Assembly (NCBI GenBank): GCA_043228905.1
Contig: JBHGNT010000007.1
Coordinates: 22,630,001 to 22,694,000, forward strand
Origin: Azolla caroliniana
Lineage: Eukaryota; Plantae; Polypodiophyta
Length of the DNA: 64,000 bases
Direction of reading: 5' to 3'
Position numbers and translations under genes: made by a program. Below the pieces are notes generated by a model. It saw nothing but the letters and a program-made list of their open reading frames with translations, did not search any database and was not told where the DNA came from. This document shows positions 11,423 through 24,900 of this stretch, one piece after another (within the stretch, counting starts at the first letter, position 1; each line of letters begins with the position of its first letter).

Positions 11423-14400
11423 AGTGCGCAAGGCACCGATGCTTGGGTAAGTTTTTTGTCATTTTTGTCTTTTCTTTCTTTTATCTTTTGAATTACAACA
11501 TGACTTCTAGACAAAACCATAAGGAAACACACGAATAAATTATAAGTAAGGAAGAAATTTTAGATGTCCTTGACCGTTTAGTTAAAATAGAAAAATGGGT
11601 GAAAGAGAAGCTAAAAAACAAAAAGATAAGGAAGAAAAAGAAGTGCTTATTGCTGAAATAACGAAACTTAAAGTAGACAACATGAACCTTCAGAAACAAG
11701 TTAAGGACCTTGAGACATCTAGGGAAGATGGTGAAATATATTCGCTAGAGGATATTAAGGACGAGATAAAAAAGGTTAAGGAAGAGGTTAAAAACGATAT
11801 GGAATTAGCAAAAACTGGGTGGGTTGATGGAGTAAAATGTAATATTAAAAAGGAACTAAAGGATGAAAATATTGTAAACACTACCCTTGAGGAGGAAAAA
11901 ATGTGTCAAGCTCGACACCTAAATGTACAAATTACTAGGCTCAAGGAAGGGGCATCCCTCGACGAAGATGCACAAACATTCGGGAAAATGTTGGGGTACG
12001 AAACCCTACAAATCACTAAAACTTGGAGGGTAGGACGTGACACCACTAGGAAAAGAGCTTTGGTCCTTTAGTTTAAGGACTCAGAATCTAGAATCGCATT
12101 TTTTAAAAAGAGACCAATTCTTTGAGGATTGGGCGGGGACCCTATCTACCTCTATGAAGACCTGACCAAAATGCAAATTGAGCATCGTAAAACTTGTATG
12201 CCGCGAGTCATACAAGCTTGTAAAGAGGGGCATTGTGCTTTTTATCGAGACGGACATGTGATAATAAATGATTGCGCCGCCAATTGATGACGTGTGGCCC
12301 ATGTGACAGACAATAAACTTAGGATGACTATATGGAACTGTAACGGTGCACTTTGGACACACCTTGGCCGTTTAGAGGAGATTTTGAAGGTATCTGTCAT
12401 ACTTTTTTTAGTAGAAACACATCATAGTCCAAATTGAGGACTACCACGAGTTGACAGTTTTTGTTGGGAATCTGTCTTTAGACAAACCTCACGTCTACAT
12501 ACTACTAGAGGGTCTAGAGGGGTTGCGATACTATTTCGGGGAGAGATACATAATAGGATAGAAATACTAAAGAAAGACCCAGAAGCCTGTTTTATGTGGG
12601 TGAAAGTCCTCACTAGCAAGGACTAGGCGATATTTATCGCCGTTTGTTACTTCCCCCCAAAAGGATCCCGGTATAATATGGCTGGAGAGGCGAGTATAGT
12701 TGATGAAGGAACGCCACATGGGCCTTCTCCATACGAACCTTTATCAGATGACATAATCTGATATTCTTCTCAAGGGGAAGTCTTCCTTGTAGGAGATTTC
12801 AATGCGGGAACCCAATCTCGACAATGCACAATATTTCAAATGGATAGAAACCTAGAAATGGTGAATGTTGACCCTTTATACTTAGACATAACACATACAT
12901 CAAAGGATCAAGGTGCGGACGCCACAAGCTTTGGCCATCATCTGCTTGAACTTGGAAGCCGACACCAGATGATCATATATAATGGCTTAGCCGAGTGGCC
13001 GGACTCGGAAGCGCTCACATGTTTCCCACATGGAGGAGGGGAAAGCATAGTTGATTACCTAATAGGACACCCTGAAGCTACCCACATGGTTAACTCCTTT
13101 CGGGTGGCCCCATGTCCCATTGGTGCAGACCATAGCTTCCTATACTTTGAGCTAAAATGTGACACCTCCCACGCCACCAACTCTAGTGAACCAAACCATC
13201 ACACCATAATACATTTCACACATGAGCTCGCTGACATCTACTCCCGACATGTTCAAGCCCATCTCTCCTCTTTTGATTCTTCCTTGCCTTTAGAGAACCT
13301 CACTACAGAACTCGCACACATCCTTCACTCAGCAACAATTAGTAGCTTCCCATACACGAAACACTCCAATCATAGTAGAATAGGGTCTATGCCACATACC
13401 AAGTGGTATGACGAGGAGTGCTCTAGTGAACCAAACCATCACACCATAATACATGTCACGCATGAGCTCATTGACATCTACTCCCGACATGTTCAAGCCC
13501 ATCTCTCCTCTTTTGATTCTTCCTTGCCTTTAGAGAACCTCACTACAAAACTCGCACACATCCTTCACTCAACAGCAATTAGTAGCTTCCCATATACGAA
13601 ACACTCCAATCATAGTAGAATAGGGTCTATGCCACAGAACAAGTGGTATGACGAGGAGTGTAGAGAGTTGTATAGACAACTTAAAGTGTCGCGACTTAGT
13701 GGTACTATTTCCTCAGTACAGGCTTCGCAAAGAGATGCGCAAGATGACACGTCGTAAAAGACGAGCTTGGGAAACATCTCAATATTGGGAACTCTACCAT
13801 ATGCTCATGAGTAGGGATTGCGCCCTTGCATGGAAGAGACTACGGGAACCGCGACCACAAACACCCATCAAGGATCCCAATATTTGGCACACATATATTG
13901 AGAGACTCTACCATGTCCCGAACCAACCACCCATTCCAATGCCTTCCACACCTCAACCTACCATGGGGACACTTTTCACGACCTCTAGGGTCACGAAGGT
14001 CATAAAAAAATTACAACATAGGAAATCCATGGACCACACAGGATTGTGAGCCGAGCACATCATATATGCTCGAGAGTGCCTAACCCCCTTTCTCACTCTA
14101 ATCTTCGACCGCGCCCTCACCGAGGGTTTTCCACCACAATGGACCATGAACACAATGGCCCCTATACATAAAGGAGGGGACCCAATGGACCCAAATTACA
14201 TATAGGACCATTATGATAGGCCATACGCTCGCTAAACTATATGGTGCGGTAATGGAAGTGGAACTCAACGATTATATGGAAACATTAAGTCTTCGAGCAC
14301 TTGAGTAGGCTGGCTTTAGACGAGCCTTCTCCACTATTGACCATATCTTCACACTTAGGTGCTTAATTGACCAGACGAAGGCTCGTAAGAAGAAACTATA

Positions 14401-15558
14401 TTGTTGCTTTGTGGACTTCCGCAAAGCCTTTGACACAGTTCCTAGGGAAAAGTTGTTTGATAGACTTAAGAGCTTGGAGATACCAAATGACATGATCTGG
14501 GCCATTTATGCCCTATATGAGCAAGTCTCTAGGTGCGTAAGATGCCCAGGTGGCCTATCCGATTGTTTCACTAGTACCATTGGTGTAAAACAGGGTTGCC
14601 CCCTATCACCGACTCTTTTTGGGATCTACATTAATGAGATCACTTATTTTATTGCTCGTAAGGGAGGCAAGGGAGTAGCTATTGGGGATACACAAGTTAG
14701 TCTCTTACTCTACGCAGACGACATTGTCTTGCTCTCGGAGTCAGAACACGACCTACAAAAGCATCTTAATGCCCTAGATGACTTTTGTACACAATGAGGA
14801 CTGATAGTGAATCTAGCAAAAACTAAAGTCCTTATCTTTCATACATCGTCTCGAGGTTAGGAGTAAATGTCACCTAATCCTCTCTCATAAACTAGTTAAG
14901 GTAGTTGGATCATATGTATACTTGGGAGTCACTTTTAGTGCTCGCTCAGGTAAATTCTCGATGACCAAGGCAACCAAAGATAGGCTAACAAGAGGGTATG
15001 CATCCCTCTCACTCTTAGAGAGACAATGCCACTAGGCATACTTTCAAGAGCCACGGAGTAAGGGATGGCTCTTCGACTCATTAATGACCCCTTCCCTCAT
15101 GTATGCATCAGTAGTATGGGCTCCAGGTCTACCATCTTTCATGTGGACACAATTAGATAAACCTTTGGTGACGATGTTATCACGTCAACTCCGAATCAAA
15201 TCGACAATAGCACATTACATTATTAGAGCAGAGTAGTCGAAGCACTTTTTCAAGTGGTAGTTTTTATTCATAGCCAACCACAAGATAGGATATCCCGTCG
15301 AGCCTTTGAGGCATCCCGATCCCTACATGCACCTGGAGACACTAGCTCTTGGTATAACATTGTGGTGAGTTGGTTACTTGCAAACGACATAGACATTAAT
15401 AAACTACTCCCCCTTAAGTACAACCATGGGACTGATCAAACTCTAATATCTCATGAAGACCGTAATAAAGTGATACGCCAAGAAATATGGCAAATTTACA
15501 CTCAATATAAATGGATCACCCCACGAGAGCCACTCCCATCTAAAATGTTGTACTAAAG
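11423..15558 (+). mobile_element. LINE non-LTR retrotransposon (ORF1 + APE-RT ORF2; RTE-X-like), degenerate
   Basis: ORF1 coiled coil plus IYLYEDLT motif (11595 to about 12290), APE start MTIWNCNG at about 12323, GDFNA, VDY, DHS, RT motifs DFRKAFDTV, GVKQGCPLSPTLF, YADDIV; many stops. The clade call is by recollection only. Confidence 0.88.
13181..13660 (+). repeat. 240-bp in-frame tandem duplication inside LINE ORF2
   Basis: CTCTAGTGAACCAAACCATC begins at both 13181 and 13421; the 80-aa unit SSEPNHHTII...KWYDEEC is repeated. Confidence 0.95.
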
Positions 15559-18500
15559 TGTAAAAAGAATAACATGTGGAAGCAATAGAAAACCGAACAT
15601 AGAAACGCAAGTTTAATGGAGAGCTTGAATATACACAATACGCGGGAGAGACAGAGAGAGAGAGGGAATGCACACAAAAACTAGATTAAAAAATAATACT
15701 CAGTCTGTACATAGGATGTGCTCAGTGAGCACTTTTATACAAGTCCATACAGATTGATAGAAATACTGACACATACTTCAATGCTCATAAATGAACTCTA
15801 CACTAACTCCCAAAATATATTCCTATGCGAAATATCTTTCCAACGGCCTCGCGGTTTACGCACCGCTACGGCTTCTCGTTGCGCATCGGTTTACGCACCC
15901 AGTTTATGCACCGATCTGGCCTAACTGATCGATCCCAACCGATCCGGTTCTCGGCTTGCACAGCCGATCCGGCCACTATTGAGCTTGTATCTCAACACTC
16001 CCCCTCAAGCTCAACTTGAGGTTCCATCTGCTCTTCCGGATCTGCACTCCGGTTCCTTCTGGCTTCACGCCATGCTCACGCTCCTCGACCTGTTTGATTC
16101 CGTGAGCCTCGACCCTTCCGGTAGGCTTGCATGCTCGTGCGGCCCTTCTTAGCTCCGTTGTTGTCACGGTGTTGGCGCTTCTTCTGCTGCCTTCTCTTCC
16201 ATTGGGCCCTCAGTTGATTCGGCATATCCAAATCAAACATCCGAACCAACTCGGATGTTGTCTCCAACTCTTCTTCGGTCTTCTTGCCCTTGATGGCTTC
16301 ATCTCCCCCATGCTTGGTTGGCTTCAGCTCTTTCTTTTTACTGCTCCCCTTATGTCCACTTTCAGAATCTTTTGTCGATCCGCCCTCGGCTTCTTCAACC
16401 GATCCGAAATCGAATTCGTCATCTGACTCGGCGTCGCGGTCTTCCGGAACTTCTCTCCCCCTTCCGTGATCATTTAGGACGTCTCTCCCCCTCAACTTTA
16501 GTACGTCGAGGTGACGCAACCCAAGCGCATCCGAGAATTGCCGCAACTTGTCCGACTGAAGTCCGACTTCACTGGAGAGGACACGCTCACAGACGAAATG
16601 GCAGTGCACCTCAATGTGCTTAGTTTGGGCGTGGAAGACGGGGTTCTTTGCTAGTTGGATGTTGTCGCAGTAGATTGTCGTTGGATCGGATACCTCCACC
16701 TGCAGATCCTTAAGTAGCCGCTTCAACCATATGGCTTCGCATGTCGCGATAGCCGCTCCTCTATACTCGGCTTCGGTGCTTGACAACGCAATTGTCGGTT
16801 GCTTCTTGCTACTCCATGCGATCGCGGCACCCCCGAGAGAGAATGCGAAACTGGACGTGGATCGGCGATCGACGACATTGCCGGCCCAGTCGGCATCGGT
16901 GTTGCCGACCATTTGTAGGGTTGTACCGGTCCGATATAGTAGCCCCCGGTCCTTAGTGCTGCTTACGTACCGCAGTACGCGTTGCGCACACTGAAGATGC
17001 TCCTCGGTAGGTCGCGCCATGAATTGACTAATCACCCTGACCGGGTAGTTGAGATCTGGTCGGGTGATGGTCAAGTATATAAGGCTTTTGACTATCTATC
17101 AGAACCTCATCGGGTCGCATACCTTTCCAGAATCGGGGCAAAGCTTGACGGTTCTATCCAGAGGAGTCGAGACAGACTTACAGTCGGCCGTCCCGAATTT
17201 GAAGAGCATACTCAACACGTAATGTCGTTGGCTGATCAGTATGCCTTCGGGGTTGCGGATCACTTCGATCCCGAGGAAGTAATGAAGGTCCCCCAGATCC
17301 TTCATATCGAATGATGTTGCAAGCTGGAGCTTCACGCGGTCAATCTGACCTAGGTCGACACTGGTGATGACCAAGTTATCAACATAAAGTAAAATGTTAA
17401 CCGGCCTGAGTCGACCTTTCCGGATGAACAATGAGGAGTCCGATTTTGACGTCGCAACCCCCATCCGATGCAATCGTTGCGTGATCTTCGCATTCCAGGC
17501 ATGTAGGGCTTGCTTTAGTCCGTAAAGGGACTTCTTCAACCGGCACACCGCCGAGGTGTTCGTTCCGGAGTGAAATCCAGGGGGTTGTACCATGTACACA
17601 TGTTCCTCAAGCTCACCTTGTAGGAACACATACTTTACGTCCATCTGGTGTAAGTGCCACCCCTTCGCCGCAGCTACTACGAGCAAAATGCGGACGGTCG
17701 TCATCTTCATGACCGGTGCAAACGTCTCATCGTAGTCGATGCCGTGTTGTTGCACGTACCTTTCGCTACTAATCGGGCCTTGTATCGGTTGACCGAGCTA
17801 TCAATGTTGTACTTGACCTTGTACACCCACCTACACTCGATCAGCTTCACACCTTTCGGTGCGTCAACCAGGTTCCAAGTTTCATTTTCCACCAATGCGC
17901 GCATCTCTTCCTCCATTGCGGCACACCAATTCGCGCCCTTCGCCACTTCTGCGTAGCTCTCTGGCTCACACACTTCCGCTACACGGGTCATGTACGCATG
18001 GTGATGCACCATGTACTCATTATATCCGAACCACACAACAGGGTTCTTCTGGCTGGTAGATCGGCGTAATTGCTCATTAGCCGATGTTGAGGCTTTCTTG
18101 GCCGACGTGGACTTCGCTCTCGAAGACCCGTCATCACTTCTCGGGGTCGGACTCGCGTCCATCCGACTCGTTCCTATCCGTGCCATAATCCGACACCTTC
18201 TTCTTCCCTTTTTCCTTGCGTGTAAGCCGTCTCCTCGGCTTCTTGCGCTGGGAATGCACGGCCGAGTCTCCACTACTCGCCAACTCTTCTTCGGACTGGT
18301 CAAACCGATTCAATCGTCCATTCGGTCCACTTAACCGAAACGAGATCAGACTCTCTTCGAGGGTCCCAATTTCACCCTTATCCGGAGGCACTTCAGCCTA
18401 GTTGACCTCATCGTCAGAGCTCAGATTGGAGTTGAGGTCCGGAGTCAGAGGCAAGTAGCAGGACGCGGACTCATCAAACACAACATCGCGACTCACGCGA

Positions 18501-21152
18501 GCTTGTTTGGTTCGGGGGTTATAACACTTATAACCCTTCTGCTCGTCCAAATAGCCGACTAAGATACACTTCTCAGCTTTCGCGTCCAACTTCCTTCGTT
18601 ACTCCTTCGGCACATGCACATACGCAATGCTACCGAAAACTCTCAAGTGTCGTAGATTCGGCTTCCTTCCAAAATACAGCTCATGCGCCAACACTTTGTC
18701 TCCAATCCGATTCTGGATGTACACCGCGGTTCGTACTGCCTCGGCCCAATAGAACTTGGGCAAACTCTTTTCTTCTAGCATTGCCTGCACCGCTTCTACA
18801 ATCGACCGATTCTTCCTTTCGGCCACACCGTTCTATTCCGGCGTATATCTGCAACTGAATTCGCGCTGAATTCCCATATGTTGTAGATACCCATTGAATT
18901 GACCGGAAAAGTACTCTTTTCCGCCATCCGACCGCAGGCACTTGATCTTTCTTCCTATTTCCCTTTCGACGAAACTCTTGAGGTCCCGGAAACAGTCGAA
19001 GACTTCGTTCTTCTTCTCAATGAGGTAGATCCGCGTGTGCCGCGTATAGTCGTCGATGAAGGAGACGAAATATCGACTCCCGCCAAGACTAACGTTCTGT
19101 GCTAGCCCCCATACATCAGAATGTATCAAGTCGAGCTTGTTCTGGCTCCAGTTACTCTCGTTAGGGAAAGGAAGTCAGTGTTGCTTCCCTAGCTGGCAGG
19201 CTTCACAAATTTGTGCCTTCCGACCACTAAATTTGGGCAATCTGAACACAACTTGTTTCGATTGCAGGTCTTGAAGCTGTTGATAGTTGACGTGGCCTAT
19301 CCGCTTGTGCCATAAGTTGATATCCGACTCAACTTTTTGTCCTTTCGCAAACATTGCGGTGCCACCGATCACTAGAGTTGAGGGTAAACATCCTCTCGTC
19401 TCTGCGCCCTTGTGCAACAACTCAACTTTCTTCCTCGATGAAGCACCCAAGATGCGTGAACTGAACTTGCATCCCCCGGTCGACGATTTGCCCAACCGAC
19501 ACCAGATTCTTCGTGATTGTCGGGACGTGTAACACGTTCATGAGTTTCCCTTTCTGCTCGACATGGCTTAGGGGAACTTCACCGACATTCGCGATTGGAT
19601 GCGGAGTGTCGTCTCTGGTTGTGACTACTGTCGGTTGCATCAATTTCTCAAGGTATGAGAACCACTCCTTGTGACACGTTGTCGGGGTGGTTGTGGTTTG
19701 TGTGGCGAAGTCGCAGGGACTAAGGTTAAAGGGAGTCGGCTATATATTTTATAAGGATTTGTGTATCGATGTTAGGAAGATTAAGGATAGGAAGAAAAAG
19801 AGTTAAAAGTAATGTGTGACAGAGAGACGAGTATAGATAAAAAGATAGAGACAATGTATAATTGAAGAATTGAAATGGTATGATAAGAACAAACTTTATA
19901 TTAAGAACACAAGATTTTACCAATTGTACAATGCTTCATCGTAAGATGCAATCTTCCTTTGCCAAACTCTGGATTTTAACCCTTGACTCCAACTTGCAAA
20001 CACAAGCCTCTTCACCAACAAGCTAACTTATTATTCGTTTCTTTGATTATCTTATTTCTCTAACTTTCTCTTCATTGATTGATTACCCTGTTTTCCCTTT
20101 CGCTTCTTTTTATAAGTATTTCCATGCATATGGTAATGGCATGCATGTAATGCATGCGTTACATGTGATGCATGATCGCCATTTGGTGTACATGCATTGC
20201 ATGTGATGCATGATAGCCATCATGCTCATTTGAGCTCCCATGTATGAAAATATATATGGGATAAGTATAATGATGGATATAAATAACCTTAAAACAAATA
20301 ACCTAGCTTAGTGGTGTATGCTTTGTGCTTGATATACAAGGTTGAGGGTTCAACAAATAGCCTACCCTAGTGGTATATACATTGTGCTTGGTTTATAAGG
20401 TTGTGGGTTCAAGTGTCTCAAATATTACTAAATACAATACTTAAGTTCATTTTTATATCGTGAAGCACATTCTTCACAATAACGTCATGTGGTTTGATGC
20501 GCCAGAGTCGACATACCACACCTCGTCCGATTTCGGGGTGGACTTCTTCATCGAGTTCGCTTCATGTCTCGTCACAAAGGTTGACCCTTTTTCGGCTTTT
20601 TCGGATCCTTTGGCGTAGTGAGATCGCTGCCGATTACCCTTGTCGGTTTGTCTGGAACCTGATCCGGATCCGGTCCTCTCCGAATCGGTGCGCTTCTTCC
20701 AGCACTTGCTCTCCTTGTGGCCTTTCTTGCCACAGTACCAGCATTCTGCGACGGATTTCCCTTGTCGGTTCTCGTCGCCTCGACTCTCCCTGTTTCCGGA
20801 GGTTCCGGAATTGCTGTCGGCATCACTTCGGTTCCTTCTTCCTTGATCTCGTCGGACGCCTCCATTGCGCACCGACTCTCCTCGTCCGCCACGACCACGG
20901 GGCCTATCTCCCTCCGTGTACAACATCTTGCTATCAGTGTGCATGCTCGTCGACGCACCCGCGTGGTTCTCCTCTATAAGGAGCATCGACTGTAGGTCGA
21001 AAAACGACGACGTATTCTCCCATGTACACACAACATTTCGGAACGTTCCGAACTTCGACGCCAGTCCCCCGAGACAGATCTGCACCATCTCACCTTCCTC
21101 GACATTCACATCGATAGAGGTTATGGAGTCGCATATCTCTTTGATCTTCGAG
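15559..21152 (-). mobile_element. Ty1/copia retrotransposon, degenerate, 5'-truncated (no 5' LTR or PBS)
   Basis: Gag knuckle CWYCGKKGH, protease WYVDSGASNHM, LWHKRIGH, integrase SDGGKEY, RT (YVDN), RNase H (DADWAG, TEAEY). PPT GAGGGGGAG at 15998-16006 (minus), 3' LTR 15559-15997 with TG...CA. Confidence 0.92.
19680..20481. mobile_element. 802-bp insertion (probable solo LTR) in the copia protease region
   Basis: Flanked by ACGT (19676-19679, 20482-20485); starts TGT and ends ACAATA (CA>TA). Removal restores the frame NHMT-CHKEWF. Confidence 0.75.
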
Positions 21153-21226
21153 GTAAATATCCCATTTTTTGTTGTAAACCATTTGTCTCATGGGCCAATT
21201 TTGGCCTTAGAAGACGTTAATATATC

Positions 21227-21265
<39 letters not shown>
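21153..21265 (+). mobile_element. Probable 3' terminus of the LINE at 11423-15558, with (CT)n tail
   Basis: ATTTGTCTCAT.GGCCAATTTTGGCCT..AGAAGA matches 54942-54976, which lies at the end of another LINE relic; a looser match occurs at 29353. Confidence 0.6.
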
Positions 21266-21267
<2 letters not shown>

Positions 21268-21626
21268 TTTCATGCACAACTTAGTTACCTACAACAAGAG
21301 CAACATCAAAATGAGCAAAGCTCTCTCTCTCTCTCTCTCTCAGTGATTAGTTCAAGTGAATTAATTCATTGCATGCATGTATACTATACAAGGGCCGATT
21401 GATCTACGCATATATAGTCTACTCTACAGGAGGCCTATGGTGGAAGGGGGGGGGGGGGGGATCGATCCATGGAAATTCATTCGTTCAGTCATTCGCCCCT
21501 CGCGTGTATGCATGCTCCAGAAGTTTGTGTGTTGGAGAGGAGGAAGGAGCAAGAGAAGCAAACACTTAAAAGTAAAAAGGAGGAGGAAGAAGAAGGAAGG
21601 AAGGATTTGATTTGTGTTCTGAGAAG

Positions 21627-21706
21627 AGTGGAGGGGTATTTTGGGGATTTATGGAAAATTGGGGTTAGTGGAGGGGTATTTTGGGAATTTATGGAAAATT
21701 GGGGTT
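21627..21706. repeat. 40-bp tandem duplication in the PTB upstream region
   Basis: AGTGGAGGGGTATTTTGGG(G/A)ATTTATGGAAAATTGGGGTT repeated twice. Confidence 0.9.
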
Positions 21707-21923
21707 AGGGGGGGACATATATGTAAATACACACAAATTCTTCTTCTTATTATTCTTCTTCTTCTTGATCTTCTTCTTCTTCTTCTTCTTCTGCTTCTCT
21801 CGCGAGAGGACACAGAAATCCTGCAGAGAAGCCCCAGAAATCGCCTGCTGAATCACCATCGCTGCGCATCGCATCTCATCTAGCGTGCCTTCAGTCACTC
21901 CTTTGCCTGTTTCTTTCGCTGCC

Positions 21924-24900
21924 ATGAACTCCTCCACTGCATCCTCGTCATCGGTGCAGAGCCAGTTCCGGTACGCCCAGCCCCCTTCAAAGGTCCTCCA
22001 CCTGCGTAACCTGCCATGGGAATGCAGCGAAGAAGAGCTTATCGAGATTTGTAGACCTTTCGGTCGAATCGTCAACACGAAGTGCAACGTTGGTGCCAAT
22101 CGTAACCAGGCCTTTGTTGAATTCGTAAGTCACGTTTCTTCACGGTATCCCTTTTTCATTCTCTTCCACTCTGTGTTTTGTTTTATTTTGCTCTGGAAAT
22201 ACAAGAAAAGCTTTGAATGAAGATTGGCATGAAAAATTTGCACCACAGCAACGTAATCTTGCATGAGAGGTACATAAATTAATGATAAAAAATATTCTAA
22301 GATCGTGCAATAGAGACTGGACTGTTGTAGTTCAGTTGATAAGGTTGTAGAGCGGAGACCTGAAGGCCATGCGTTCAGTCCCTATATTCCACAGAGGCAT
22401 CTAATAAAGCAGTGCATGTAATCAGTTGTGTGACCTGGATGTATAGGCTAGTTAAGGTAAACTTGCACTATACAACAATTACATTTTTGATGTTAGAAGT
22501 ATCTATTCACTACGTGTCTGGTTGCATTTTGATTGCAATGCATTGTGGAGCTACAGCAAGAGTCCTCAGAGACGAGGAACAAATGAATTGCAAAACTAGA
22601 CCAAGAGTCCTCAGAGACAATGGTTTCTATGGACTAGAACTGAACATCAATAACATAAAAAACAGTAACATAAAAACGTTCTTTTTTCGGTGCTAATCCT
22701 GTTATACATGCCAATGCTTTGTTTGGGGTAGTTCCCTGCATTCCATCTCATCCCACTACTTCTCTTCCAGCTACCATGGAGTTGATGGCGGCTGATTTGA
22801 CAGCATCACTGGTGTTAACTCCTTAAATCGTGACTGGTATTTGAGTCTTTGTTGATTTATAATGTGTTTTTATTAATGAAAAGGTGTTGAACCTGTAATT
22901 AGCATTCATGCAGCGCATACAATGATTAAAGGGACAGTGACCAACCCAAAAGTCTAGCTATTATTTATGATCCCATCCTCGAACACTGTCTGATGTTTTC
23001 TCTGCTGGTGGTGCTTTCCAAGTGTCATTTGATAATATAAAGAGCCCCACTACGTTAAATGCTTCTATGTTCCATTTACTGGTGTGATAGGGCTTCCATG
23101 AACCTAAAACCCCCCTCCCTCTACTCTATCTGAGGAAAGGTCACTGAGAAACACTGTCAGCCACAAACCACATATTAGTTGTTGTAGAGATGGCATGTTG
23201 TTGGTAAACTTATCTGAGCTGTCTTCTACGTGACCCGTGAGTTGGAGAGATTGCCTCCCACCTTCTGACTGTTTGTATTTTTTAACTTAGACAGACCTGA
23301 CCATGACACAATACAGGGTGACTTCGTTTTCTCAATTATCTTTTAATTACAGTAGCATTGTTCTAGGTTCTTGTTGCACCGCTTTCACGGGGCTGGTAAC
23401 CTTTCCAATAAGTTGTAATGCACTTTTTCAGAAATTTTTGTGCAGTCCTTGAATGTCTTTGTAACATTGAACTTCAAAATTAGGTCTGAATAGATTTGTA
23501 AGGTTTTCTATGGGGTACAGTTGATGTTAGCCCTGTTATTATAAAATAAAAGAGAGATATAATAACGATAACTAGTAGATGAAGATCTGAAGATTTACTT
23601 TATATACCTTCAGAGGAAATATTCATCCCTTCAACTTGGGTTGATCCTCTGATATGTTTATCTAGAATCATTTGTTTTTTTTAATCTTTGTTGTGTGCAG
23701 TGTGCCCATGATCAAGCTGGTAAAATTTGATTTTTTTTTGTCTGTTTAGGTCGATGTAAATCAGGCTATCTCTATGGTTTCCTATTATGCTTCTTCATCT
23801 GAACCTGCTCAGATAAGGGGAAAGTCTGTTTATCTACAATACTCAAATAGGCAAGAAATTGTGAACAATAAAGGCACTGGGGATGTTGCCAGCAATGTAC
23901 TATTGGTGACCTTCGAGGGAGTAGAAGCTGGTGATGTTAGCATTGATGTTTTACACTTGGTAAGCTTCAAATATCTGGAATTAAAGTACACATGCATAAA
24001 TGTGTCGTTTTAATCGTAACAGATCTACTCTTGACTAAATTTTTCTGCTTTCAACTGCAAATCTGCAGGTATTTTCTGCTTTTGGTTTTGTTCATAAAAT
24101 TGCAACATTTGAGAAGACAGCAGGATTTCAGGTTTGTATATTTCTCTTTAAGTTTTTTTGCTTTACTAATTGCCCACCTGCTAAATTTTAGTTCTGCCTA
24201 TGTAAATAGGCTCTTATCCAGTTTAGTGATGCTGAAACTGCATCATCAGCAAGATCAGCTTTGGATGGCAGAAGTATCCCCAGGTAATGTAAAATTTTTA
24301 TTTTATTTTTGAAGAATCTCATCATTAATATAGAGGTGTTTGTTTGCATGACGGACCTTCAAACTATATCCATCAGGGGTTTTGTTTGACCCCTTAGATA
24401 AGGATATCATAGTTTTGCTCTTGCATGGTTCTCATTGTGACCACCTACTTTTGAGCACTGGTGATCTCAATAAGGATATCTTAATTGTGGGCTATGTTAC
24501 ACATTTTGGCACTGGCGATCTCAATCTATGAAATGACACGCCTTGAGGCCATGATTTGTGTTCTTTCAACATATGTTGTATTCTATATGTATGCATGTCA
24601 TCAATAATCTTAATTTGGCTATCATGAGGTTTGAGATGTCTAATATATGAACTATACATTTTCTTTCAGATATTTGCTTCCAGACCATGTCGGAACATGC
24701 CACTTGCATATTTCATTTTCTGCTCACACCGATCTAACCGTCAAATTCCAGAGCCATAGAAGCAGGTATATACCTACCCTGCATATGTATGAGTGTTTGC
24801 ATACATAATTTGTAGCTCCTGAACCTTGATATGTAGTTGTTTCAAGTAGTTATGCAACTTTGTGAAGAAATTGGATTTCACTATTTATCATGCCCACACA

